Origin: an uncultured Pseudanabaenaceae cyanobacterium
Lineage (GTDB): Bacteria; Cyanobacteriota; Cyanobacteriia; PCC-9006; JAAUQQ01
Length of the DNA: 64,000 nucleotides
Assembly: GCA_938021205.1 (NCBI GenBank)
Contig: CALIGI010000058.1
Location: forward strand, 13,169 to 77,168
Direction: 5' to 3'
In this document: piece after piece, positions 50,686 through 59,977 of the stretch
Layout of the letters: every line of letters starts with the position of its first letter
Position numbering within the stretch: position 1 is the stretch's first letter
The notes under the pieces: model-generated
Database searches by the model: none
Told to the model about the DNA's origin: nothing
The model's input: only the letters and a program-made list of their open reading frames with translations
Made by a program: the position numbers and the translations under genes

Positions 50686-52344
50686 CTAGCGAGTCGCGAG
50701 CGCGGCGGCGGGCACAGCCTGCAAGAGGCTGTGCCCTTCCAAATGGTTTGGCTTTGGAGCGTTCATTAAGTCCAAAATAGTAGGAGCTAAATCCAGAGCA
50801 TGAGCCTTAACTACATCAGAACCCGGCTGGATGCGATCGTCTTTCAAAAACACAAATCCCCGAGGTGTATGACTGCCGGCACGCTGATAGGGAGCAGGGC
50901 CTATTTGACCCAAAGAATCGCTTTCAACGCAGTCTGTCAGCTCAGTTTCATTCCACATCACAATCAAATCTGCATCGGGCATTCCTAGCGCATTTAAATT
51001 TTCAGTGGTACGTGTCCGGATGATGTGGTCCACGATTGGTTTTCCTGTCTTCACACTTCGCAAAGATTCAATTTGAGTGATAACCTCATCGCATACTGAA
51101 TCGTAATCTTCCCGTGCAACACAGCCATTTGGCTCGCGGCCCTGAAGGTTAATACGAATGTAGCCCTCTGAAAAGCTAGGCAGGGCAAAGGCTTTCATCT
51201 TGTGCCAGGCCGGCGCGTACCAGCTTACGGGCTGCCAGTCAAAACTCCCACCCTGATTTTGCAATTGATAAGGCGAGACAAAATCCCCTTTTGAGGACAG
51301 CCCTAGGCGATCTAAAAGACCTGCATAAATGCGGTGGAGCTTGGTTGGAGCTACAGATCGTATCCAGCGAGTGACTGGATTGGGATCATGTTTTTGGGCC
51401 CACAGATCTCGATAGGAACGCTGCTGTTGACGCCAAGCCGACTGACTTGAGGCTGCTCCAAATCCCACCTTGCCGGGGAAATTCCACCGGTACATCGCCT
51501 CACCTAGGAAAAAAGTACTAGTTAAGTCTAGATTGTTGGCCTGCATTCCATGGGCAGAAAAGACAATGACCGAAGCATTCTCAGGGGCAGCAGCCAAAAT
51601 CTCTCCAATAGATTCATCAATTTTCTTATAGGTCTCTAACAGATAATTTGTTGAAGTATCTCCTTCGCGGCGATGTACAGGATGCTCTGGGTCACCCAAG
51701 TGTAAGAGACAGTGCCCCGCAGAATGGGTCTCGCTGAAAATGGTCAGAAAGAGATTCCAATCATCTTGTTGGAGCAGATCTCTGCAAATTGCAGAACGTC
51801 GGCGAATCCCCTCTTGCAATTCTCCATGGAGGCGAGTTACCTGGGCTGGACTATAGATATTGGCATGGTCATGGCCAAAAGCCGGATGTTCACCGTGGCG
51901 TTGAATGATCTCTTGAAGCTTAGTTGCAGGCAAAGAATGACTTGGGGTTTGAGGAGAATGAGCCCCCCAGCCTAAAACTTGTATACCATTAGCATCAGGG
52001 GCTAGAGGTGCCTGGGGTATATCGAAAACGGAAACCTTATAATCCTTGCCTAGGTCATAAAAAGGACCATAATCGCAAAAATCATAAGCACCAACCGCAT
52101 CAACTCGGTAGGTACCTTCTTTTAGCTTGACAGGTCCCCAGTACCCAGTAGTACTGGGGGAGCAGCCTGTCAAAAAAGTCGTCCAAGGTGTCTCAGCGCG
52201 ATAGGAAGAATAATTGTTGAGGCGTCCATACGCTCCAGATTGCTTTAGTGCAGCTAAGTTCTTAAGTAGACCTTGCTCAATGCATTCTTCTATGAACTGA
52301 GGCTCAGCTGCATCCAAGCCAATAGCAATAACAGTTTTTGTCAT
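50686..52344 (-). CDS. Alkaline-phosphatase-superfamily enzyme, paralog of 41559..43271. Start assigned to MTKTVIAIGLD; the six-frame ORF extends to 52374.
   Basis: VIAIGLDAAEPQFIEECIEQGLLKNL...GAYG and TGCSPSTTGYWG. Shared FFLGE(V/A)MYRWNFPG block with its paralog. Confidence 0.65.
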   Translation of the reverse strand: MTKTVIAIGLDAAEPQFIEECIEQGLLKNLAALKQSGAYGRLNNYSSYRAETPWTTFLTGCSPSTTGYWGPVKLKEGTYRVDAVGAYDFCDYGPFYDLGKDYKVSVFDIPQAPLAPDANGIQVLGWGAHSPQTPSHSLPATKLQEIIQRHGEHPAFGHDHANIYSPAQVTRLHGELQEGIRRRSAICRDLLQQDDWNLFLTIFSETHSAGHCLLHLGDPEHPVHRREGDTSTNYLLETYKKIDESIGEILAAAPENASVIVFSAHGMQANNLDLTSTFFLGEAMYRWNFPGKVGFGAASSQSAWRQQQRSYRDLWAQKHDPNPVTRWIRSVAPTKLHRIYAGLLDRLGLSSKGDFVSPYQLQNQGGSFDWQPVSWYAPAWHKMKAFALPSFSEGYIRINLQGREPNGCVAREDYDSVCDEVITQIESLRSVKTGKPIVDHIIRTRTTENLNALGMPDADLIVMWNETELTDCVESDSLGQIGPAPYQRAGSHTPRGFVFLKDDRIQPGSDVVKAHALDLAPTILDLMNAPKPNHLEGHSLLQAVPAAALATR

Positions 52345-52748
52345 AGTAGCCCCAACGGTTAGTTCGACTAGCAATAATGTAACGGCATCATCTCTTCTCT
52401 AAATCGTCTCAGCTTCTACTAAGAACTCATTCTTGGAGATAAATCAACAAGCTTGATGGATCTACAAGGGGAAGCAGTACGATTCCCAGTGCTTTTAAGA
52501 CTATTCGGGATAAATTTTACACTAGTTGATGCTAGTACACTGATCTAACATCAACTCGTGAGCTGTGGGTTTAGCCTAAGTCTCTCGACTGAAGTAGATG
52601 CAATATGTATGCTTCCCTATTATCCATCCTACAAACAGAGATGCCCTCTCAGGCTTTGTAGGCTTTACAATCTCTTTGTAGAAGGGATGAAAGCTTAAAG
52701 AAGTCACCATTACGCTGCCTACATGACATTCTGAGACCTAGATCTCTT

Positions 52749-54206
52749 TCAAGATTTGGCAATATGCACCATCTCTGAAGCTTCTTGGGTATTTTGCCAA
52801 TCCCAACCTGCCACTGCAAATAGGACCCACCAGTAGAAAAACAACATTGTGTGGTCCCAAATATTCTCTGTTAACATTCCGAATAGCAAGGCCAGTAGCA
52901 TAACTATCATTACATAGCAGAGATTCTTTTGAGGAGTCGTGGAGTTGGGGGAGCGGAGCAGGCTGCTTAAGCGATAGAACTGAGCTATAAAAAACACCAT
53001 TATTCCGCTAAAGCCAACAATTCCCTGCTCGAAAATCCAACGGACATAATCATTGTGAGGCTCTAAATCATTGGAGCTTAGTGAAGCGCTAAGCCCTATG
53101 CCATGTCCAAACCACCGGGCCTGCTGCCATCGAGTTAGGTAGTCTGTCCATTGGGCAATACGCCAGTTGAAACTGTTGTAGTCACTCTTCGACAAAATAA
53201 TAGCTCTGGATGCATCGATGTCAGGATTGAGGAGCGGTGTCTGTGCAATTGAGGCCAAGCGTTCTTGTCCAAACTCAGAACTGCCAAACAGCGCCACAAC
53301 CACGCCAAACAATAGGAGCCCAAGGAAGAACTTAGAAAAAGAAATATTGCGCATCGCCATGCCAAGGATCAGGATTGCCAACATCCCTAAACTAAATAGC
53401 GCCTTCGTTGTGACGTAGAACAAACCCAGAACTGCGAGTATGCCAATCCAAACCCAGCGCTTGCCGCGACTCGCTAGAAGCTTCCAGTAGGTCAAACCGA
53501 TAAAAAAGAACAGGAATGTCGCAAAGCTATTCGGGTGACCAATCGTTCCTCGAATTCTAAGTCCAACGTCAGGTCCGGGCCCCCGTAAGGTGCTAACGAG
53601 AGGAGATATTTCAGTGGGAAGCGCAGTAGGGATAACCATCTGCAGCAAAGCCACAATCAAAGGGCATAGCAGTGAAAGCAGTAGAAGAGTAGCCAGTTTC
53701 TCAGGCCTTATAAGCCCTTTGAATTGCATGATCAGGATATAGACCAAAAACCAAGAGCCTAAACGTACGAACTCACGAATAGATTCTCCAGACAAAGCAC
53801 TACTCCCCCCCAGTCCCCCCAGCATGAGCAGAACAACCCAAACTCCTTGAAAGGCACACCAACCGGCAAAGAAGAAGAGGAATGGATCGGTATGGATTGT
53901 CTCCCGACGCAGCAGCTTGATAACCACATATCCGATCGCCAAGGCATCAAGCCCTACAGCAAAGAGAGCAGGCAACTGGATTGCAGAGAACGCGTCTATG
54001 GTGCTCCGCAAAATGAGAAGCGCCACAATGAAATAATCAAAACGACGGATACAAGCGATCGCGCCGACCACTCCTAAGGACAAAACCACGGCCCCAAATG
54101 GGTCAAGACCCGCCACAAGCCCAGTGACTAAGCCAATCAGACAGAACAGCACCGTCACAAGCCCAGCAATCGCGAAATTCTTAAACTTCAGTGTTTGTAA
54201 GGCCAT
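52749..54206 (-). CDS. Second O-antigen ligase / Wzy-like polymerase family membrane protein.
   Basis: About 12 TM helices and a C-terminal periplasmic loop with a HNDYVRWIFEQGIVG (Wzy_C-like) motif. Confidence 0.65.
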   Translation of the reverse strand: MALQTLKFKNFAIAGLVTVLFCLIGLVTGLVAGLDPFGAVVLSLGVVGAIACIRRFDYFIVALLILRSTIDAFSAIQLPALFAVGLDALAIGYVVIKLLRRETIHTDPFLFFFAGWCAFQGVWVVLLMLGGLGGSSALSGESIREFVRLGSWFLVYILIMQFKGLIRPEKLATLLLLSLLCPLIVALLQMVIPTALPTEISPLVSTLRGPGPDVGLRIRGTIGHPNSFATFLFFFIGLTYWKLLASRGKRWVWIGILAVLGLFYVTTKALFSLGMLAILILGMAMRNISFSKFFLGLLLFGVVVALFGSSEFGQERLASIAQTPLLNPDIDASRAIILSKSDYNSFNWRIAQWTDYLTRWQQARWFGHGIGLSASLSSNDLEPHNDYVRWIFEQGIVGFSGIMVFFIAQFYRLSSLLRSPNSTTPQKNLCYVMIVMLLALLFGMLTENIWDHTMLFFYWWVLFAVAGWDWQNTQEASEMVHIAKS

Positions 54207-54318
54207 AGGGCAGTGGCATTCTCCAGATTCAGGTTCATTTCACAGTTTTTACCGCAATCATTTATCAGCCGAATGAGCTGATTCCCGCATCAAAGAACTC
54301 TAAGAAACTTCCTTTGAA

Positions 54319-55149
54319 TCACTTCTCACCGACAACAATAGCTCCCAAAAGGAATCTTCCAGGCAAACTCCGTCCTACAAGCTTACGCAATTTCAAGGGA
54401 GCAGCATCTAAAAACTTTTCAATCGTTTCTACAACAAAGACAGGAAATCTCAAATAAATACCCTTACCACCAACATAAGTTTGGACTCGTGAAAACCCAG
54501 CTGTGAGAAAAGCAGCTCTTAAGTCAGTATAGGTATACTCTTTAAGATGAAAGCCAGTCGCAACTGGATCAAAGTACTGGGAGACATCATGGGGTCCTGA
54601 AAGACGGTTTGGAGTAATGCAAACGTACTTTCCGCCCATTTTGAGAATACGTTGAATTTCCTGTAACTGAGTGTCTGCATCTTCTGGATGGAGATGCTCC
54701 ATCAATTGGTTGCTATAAACCAAGTCCACATTCTCGTCACCTAGAGGAATTGAACAACCATCAAATAGAACGAGTTCAAAATTCTCTGGTAGGTCATTGC
54801 GCTGGGTAATTTCACTGGAGACGTCCAAAGCTTTTACAGCTTTAACCTTAGAGCAAGCTTCAATGGAAAAGTTACAATCTCCAGGTCCAATTTCAGCAAA
54901 AGAAGTCTCTGGCTTTAAGAACCGAGAAACTAGTCGCATTTTACGATCCACTTCTCGCTTCGAATCGTTTAGATCCTTCTTGCGCGTAATCTGAGGGTGG
55001 AATGGAATCTCCTGAAACATTTGATCATACAGAGAACTATAAAGTGTCTTTCGCTCTTCACGGTTCGAATTTTTTAGCTTAGATGCCAGACGCTTTTCTA
55101 ACTCATAGTGAGTTTGAATTTGCTCGAAAGTTTGATAAGGCGCTTTCAT
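54319..55149 (-). CDS. Class I SAM-dependent methyltransferase.
   Basis: Motif I-like AEIGPGDCNF and motif post-I/II VDLVYSNQLMEHL. Confidence 0.8.
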   Translation of the reverse strand: MKAPYQTFEQIQTHYELEKRLASKLKNSNREERKTLYSSLYDQMFQEIPFHPQITRKKDLNDSKREVDRKMRLVSRFLKPETSFAEIGPGDCNFSIEACSKVKAVKALDVSSEITQRNDLPENFELVLFDGCSIPLGDENVDLVYSNQLMEHLHPEDADTQLQEIQRILKMGGKYVCITPNRLSGPHDVSQYFDPVATGFHLKEYTYTDLRAAFLTAGFSRVQTYVGGKGIYLRFPVFVVETIEKFLDAAPLKLRKLVGRSLPGRFLLGAIVVGEK

Positions 55150-55234
55150 AGGATTCCTTTGTTAAGAAAATTAAGTGAGATTAAATATGGTCAAACTGAA
55201 ATGAACAAAGCCGTTCTTCATTCAAAGTTTTTGT

Positions 55235-55931
55235 TTATGCACCTCCTCCCACTAAAAAGAGAGTCTTCTTACTCCTCTGAAGGATGAGGTAATAGAGCAA
55301 AAATGAGCTTGTCGTTCCAATAAAAGTTGAAAATATACCTGGTAGAGCCAGAGTGAGGAAAAGCATTTTCATCAGCAGTGTAAAAGCGCGTGTAAAGTAG
55401 CCATGAAAAATATAGATAGTCAGGCTCTGCTTGCCAATATATGAAATCACTTTGCGAAAGCCAATTGCTTTGGCATCATCACCAGAATTTCCCCTGCTAA
55501 GTAACTTAACACAAGCTATTATACCCATCAACTATCAGAAAAATGTAGGTAAACCGAATACCAATCGAGAAATCTCAAAGCCTAGTATTTGGGGGGGGCA
55601 ACGAGCAACAACAGGCAAAAGCTAGTGCCAAAGGAGAAGACAGTGCGAGTAATATGAAAGGTTTCTTATCCCATAGTCTAAAACGATCTTCTTCTAACTG
55701 GTGCCAAATTAAAGGGAAGAAATGCCCCAAGATTAATCCAACTGCATAAAATAAATTCCAATAGCCATTGCGCAAAATCTGGTTGTTGGTATTCATACCA
55801 ATCACAAAGAATGCAATGGATATGGTGCCATACAGAATCAAAGAACTTTGATCGCGAAAATACAAAAATGTAAACAGAGTGATCAAAATGAGAGCATGGA
55901 GAAACCCAAAAATCTGATAAGGCGAGGTCAT
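55235..55931 (-). pseudogene. Decayed acyltransferase-3 (OafA-like O-acyltransferase) remnant split into two frame-disrupted fragments.
   Basis: Two adjacent short ORFs (55575..55931 and 55235..55531) both encode hydrophobic acyltransferase-3-like segments (FGFLHALILITLF...; SLTIYIFHGYFTRAF) inside an AT-rich, ORF-poor stretch. Confidence 0.45.
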
Positions 55932-56504
55932 TGAATTGAGTAGGTCAAGCCAGGAAAGCCCATTGCCTTTATAGAAATTCTGAAAAAAAAGAAGTAGAGT
56001 AGGGCGCAGACTATTAGTGGAACAAGAAGATGAGATAATTTCTTCGAAAAAAAAGATTACGGTAACTTCTTTTTCGATTACTGAAAGCGGAAAAGATAAG
56101 ATCTAAAATCGCAAAGAAAACAGGCATATGGATTGAATTAGCTCGATCCGAAATCTAGCCTAAGAGCGGAAGATCTGATCGAGCTCTCGCATTCCATGAT
56201 CTGAAGTAAAGCCAATCATGTGGCTAATTGCGATCAATATAATAATGGCGACACCAAAAAATCAATACAGCTCGGTCGGAAGTCGTTATCTAAATCGTTG
56301 TTTTGAGGTCTCACCACCCATCATTATCCTATTCTTTTCAATATGCTTTTATACATGGCGAATATTTGTTTTAAGCAACAATTGGAAAGATTGAATAGGG
56401 CTAAGATCTAGTCAATTGAGTGACTCCCTGGTGTCGCAGAAGCTTAAATATTAGTCTGCTGATACGCAAGTCAAAATTTTTCATGCCAGCGCGATGTCTC
56501 TTAC

Positions 56505-58718
56505 TTAATCAGGCAGTAGCTCTAATTCTTTTTCAACTCCCCTCGGAGTATTGTTCATATTTTTGAAACTCTCATAACGAGGCAAGGATTGAGATTCATT
56601 GACTACAACACCTAGTACGGGCGTATTGTTGCTTTCAATCTCTGCCATGGACTTGAACATTGCTTCTCGTACCGTCAAATTAGGACGCACAACGAAGACT
56701 AAACCATCGGCATACTGACTTAACGTCAAAGCATCTGCAGATGTGGTGACAGGAGCTGCATCTACAAAAACAAAGTCATAGCCCTTGGAAGCCTCGCGGA
56801 TCGCTATTTCCATTGCAGCAGATTCAGTCACTGTGGAGGGGCGGCTAATAAACTCACCATTCGAGAGAACATCCAAGTTCTCAAATCCACTGGGCTGAAT
56901 TGCTTCCCGTAGGGAGGCCTGGCCTGATACAACATGGGTTAGTCCCACTGTTGAAGGAAGAGCAAATACTTCTTGTTGTTCGGGACGGCTCAAGTTTGCG
57001 TCGATAATCAAGGTTTTGCGGGACAGCATTGCAGAAACAGAAGCTAGGCGTGCAATGACGTCGGATTTACCTTCGTTTTCCACGGTGCTGCTCATGACAA
57101 TTACTCTAGGCTTGTCTTTAATGCGAAGCTCTAGGGTTTTGAGTAGACTGCGGTAGGGCTCCACTACGCCGGGACTATCTAGGAAACGCTCTAGCTTGCT
57201 GGTGCGTGATGCAGAGAGTAGTAACTGACCAGACGGTTTTGGCAAGACTGCTAAAACAGGCACTTCGCTAGAGGCTTCAATTTCATTCGCATTGCGCAGA
57301 GTGCCGTTGAAGGCTTCGAGTAGCAGCACAATTCCAGTCGCTAATACGCCGCCAGCCGCTGTGGCGATCGCTAAGATTACCGGAACTTGAGGTGCTGCAG
57401 CTACGGTAGGTACATAGGCCCAGGAGACAATGCGAATATTACTCAATAGCTGAGCTTCTGCAATGCGGGCTTCTTGTAGCTTGCCCTGAAGTAAGGCCAG
57501 ATTCGACTTGACTTCATCTCGTTTTCGTTCAAGCGTTGACAGGTCCTGTTTTCGTTGTGGTACAGTCGCCAACTGGTCTTGCAAAAAAGATTGGTTCTGT
57601 TTAAGCAAGTTGAGATGATTATTTAGCGCTGCCGTTTCAACTGTGGTTAGCACATAGCGGGAGATCAAGTCTTGGCTGAGGTTGTCCTGGGCAACTGAGC
57701 CAGCGGATAGAGACTGAGAATCTGGTATGAGCTGTCCCAGGCGTTGACTATAGAGGCTCCTTAAATCACCCTGCTGCTGGGCCAGGGCTAAAACCTGGGG
57801 GTGATTATCTTGATATGTTGCCCGTGCCTCAATAATTTGAGATCCCAGGTTGATCAGCTTGGTCTTTAAATCTGCCAGCTCTTGATCTTGACCAATACGA
57901 GAAGCAACATAGGCTCGTTCAGGAGAATCAAACCCAGTCATTTCCCGAAGCATCCCTGTGCGGGTCTGAGCCTCTTGGAGTTGACCTGCAACCACTCGTT
58001 GCTGTTCTTGCAACTGAGAAAGGTTTGTCAACAGGGTATTGGTTTGTGCGTTTACATCCACTACTCCATTGGCTTGGCGATATTGAGTTTCAATCGTCTC
58101 AGCTTGGGTCAGCTTCTCTGCTTCCTGGGGAACTTGGCTCTCTAGAAACTGGCGAATAGAAGACGCTTCTAGACGGATATTCTCACTGCTTTGATTGATC
58201 ACTTCAGCAGCAATTCGATTAAGGAGTTGAGCTGTTAAATCAGGATCTAACCCCTCATAGCCGATCTGTAAAATATTGGTGGCAGGAATAACCTTGACTT
58301 GTAGCGATCGCTGGACTTGTCCAACTGTCGGCAAGGGAACTCCCTGCGCTTCGAAAGCCGGAGCTTCTTGTTGGAGCGCTCTCTCTAATACACGCTGAGA
58401 CTTCACTAACTCTGCTTGGGTTGCCATAGGATCTGCGCTACCCGCTCTGCCAGGAGGCCGAGTTAAGCCCTGGCCAAGAGTGGATACACTACTTGCTTGG
58501 GGATCTTCGACTGAGACTCGAACGGCAGAAAAATAAGACTTTTCTGCCACAGATATATAAAAACCAGCTCCAATAATGGCAGCTGAGAAGGTCAAGAGCG
58601 CTGGCAGCCAGTTGCGCTTGATCGGAGGCAAAATCGAAGAGAGCTTATCCATAGTTGCTTTTCTAATATCGCCAAGACTGGAGGTAGACTGGCTGGCCGG
58701 AGGCCTATCGCCACGCAC
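56505..58718 (-). CDS. Wzc-like polysaccharide co-polymerase with a C-terminal BY-kinase-type P-loop ATPase domain. The start is probably the internal MDKLSS at 58652.
   Basis: Two TMs flanking a coiled-coil periplasmic domain. Walker A SSTVENEGKSD, Walker A' TLIIDANLSRP and Walker B DFVFVDAAPV. No C-terminal tyrosine cluster is visible. Confidence 0.8.
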   Translation of the reverse strand: MRGDRPPASQSTSSLGDIRKATMDKLSSILPPIKRNWLPALLTFSAAIIGAGFYISVAEKSYFSAVRVSVEDPQASSVSTLGQGLTRPPGRAGSADPMATQAELVKSQRVLERALQQEAPAFEAQGVPLPTVGQVQRSLQVKVIPATNILQIGYEGLDPDLTAQLLNRIAAEVINQSSENIRLEASSIRQFLESQVPQEAEKLTQAETIETQYRQANGVVDVNAQTNTLLTNLSQLQEQQRVVAGQLQEAQTRTGMLREMTGFDSPERAYVASRIGQDQELADLKTKLINLGSQIIEARATYQDNHPQVLALAQQQGDLRSLYSQRLGQLIPDSQSLSAGSVAQDNLSQDLISRYVLTTVETAALNNHLNLLKQNQSFLQDQLATVPQRKQDLSTLERKRDEVKSNLALLQGKLQEARIAEAQLLSNIRIVSWAYVPTVAAAPQVPVILAIATAAGGVLATGIVLLLEAFNGTLRNANEIEASSEVPVLAVLPKPSGQLLLSASRTSKLERFLDSPGVVEPYRSLLKTLELRIKDKPRVIVMSSTVENEGKSDVIARLASVSAMLSRKTLIIDANLSRPEQQEVFALPSTVGLTHVVSGQASLREAIQPSGFENLDVLSNGEFISRPSTVTESAAMEIAIREASKGYDFVFVDAAPVTTSADALTLSQYADGLVFVVRPNLTVREAMFKSMAEIESNNTPVLGVVVNESQSLPRYESFKNMNNTPRGVEKELELLPD

Positions 58719-58729
58719 TCACTGGGGGA

Positions 58730-59965
58730 TTATCCCTGAGAAACGGACATCTTACTTTTCTTCGTAATTATTCCCTGGGGAGGAGACACAGTAACAGGTA
58801 TTGCCTCGGAAGCGCTACCTAAAAGCGTAAAGTGCAAGTGATTTGCATCTCTTACAACCCTCTCCCAGTTGTAATTTTGGCGAACGTAGCTTTGGGCGAT
58901 GTTGGACATGACCTTCATTTCTTCAGGATGTTCCATTGCCCAAGTCAATTTATCAACGCAATCATCCAAGTCTAACGACCGGAACATTACGCCTCGATCA
59001 TTTCCTAAAAGCTGATGATGAGGCGGTATGTCGCTCGCTACGATCGGCAGGCCTTCTTGCATCGCTTCCAACATCGCTAAAGGCAGTCCCTCAACTTCAG
59101 AAGGCAAGACAAAAATGCCTGCTCCTCGAACAACTTCTGCAAGATAGCGTCCCCGAAGCACACCGGTAAAGATGACTCTAGGGTCGCCTTTCACGAGACC
59201 TGAGAGCCTCTCTTGAAAAGCTGACGTGTCACTATTGCCGCCAACGATCGCCAGTTTCCAGCCGCGCTGCTTCAGTTTGAGGAAAGCCTCAATTAACAGG
59301 TCAGGACATTTTTCAGGAACAAGACGACCTAAAAATACTAAATACTTACCGGCTTCTAGGCCGAGGCGTTTGCCAAAGCTAAAATCCTGATCTGACGGGG
59401 CATATTGGGCTGGTCCATTGGGAATATAGACTGTCTCGCGACCATGGGTCTCCCAGAAATAACGACGCAGTTCTTGGGATACCACCACCATCTCATTGGA
59501 ATATCGAACCGCCAGTTTCTCGCCAAGGTGAATGAGGAAGCTCGAAAACTTGCCCCACTTCACCCGTTGCCAATCCAGTCCGTGACAATAAACTACGACT
59601 TTAGAGGACGAAAGCAGAAAAGGTAGCCAGCAAAATAAAGCAGGGCCTAACGCATGGATGTGAATAACATCGTAGCGTCGCAGGAATGTCGCGATGAATG
59701 TGCCAATCCCAGAACTGAGAATTGCATCAGCTCCTTTTATCTTTGGCACAGCAGGGATAGAGAACACCCGAACCCCAGAAAAATCACAGGGCTCTGACCA
59801 GGGCATACCTGTGTAAGAGGTACGCCCATAGATATCAACCTCATGCCCAGCTGCGGCCATGCGGGGATAAACTTGAGCACAATAATGCTCGATACCACCC
59901 TGGCCTGGCGGCAAGCCCTTCGCACCGATTACGGCTATCCTCACGTTAGACACCTCATCACTCAA
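58730..59965 (-). CDS. Glycosyltransferase family 1 (GT4).
   Basis: RIAVIGAKGLPPGQGGIEHY N-terminal GT4 donor pocket. C-terminal FVLPSEVEGLPLAMLEAMQEGLPIVASD (E-x7-E motif). Confidence 0.8.
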   Translation of the reverse strand: MSDEVSNVRIAVIGAKGLPPGQGGIEHYCAQVYPRMAAAGHEVDIYGRTSYTGMPWSEPCDFSGVRVFSIPAVPKIKGADAILSSGIGTFIATFLRRYDVIHIHALGPALFCWLPFLLSSSKVVVYCHGLDWQRVKWGKFSSFLIHLGEKLAVRYSNEMVVVSQELRRYFWETHGRETVYIPNGPAQYAPSDQDFSFGKRLGLEAGKYLVFLGRLVPEKCPDLLIEAFLKLKQRGWKLAIVGGNSDTSAFQERLSGLVKGDPRVIFTGVLRGRYLAEVVRGAGIFVLPSEVEGLPLAMLEAMQEGLPIVASDIPPHHQLLGNDRGVMFRSLDLDDCVDKLTWAMEHPEEMKVMSNIAQSYVRQNYNWERVVRDANHLHFTLLGSASEAIPVTVSPPQGIITKKSKMSVSQG

Positions 59966-59977
59966 TAAATATCCGTA

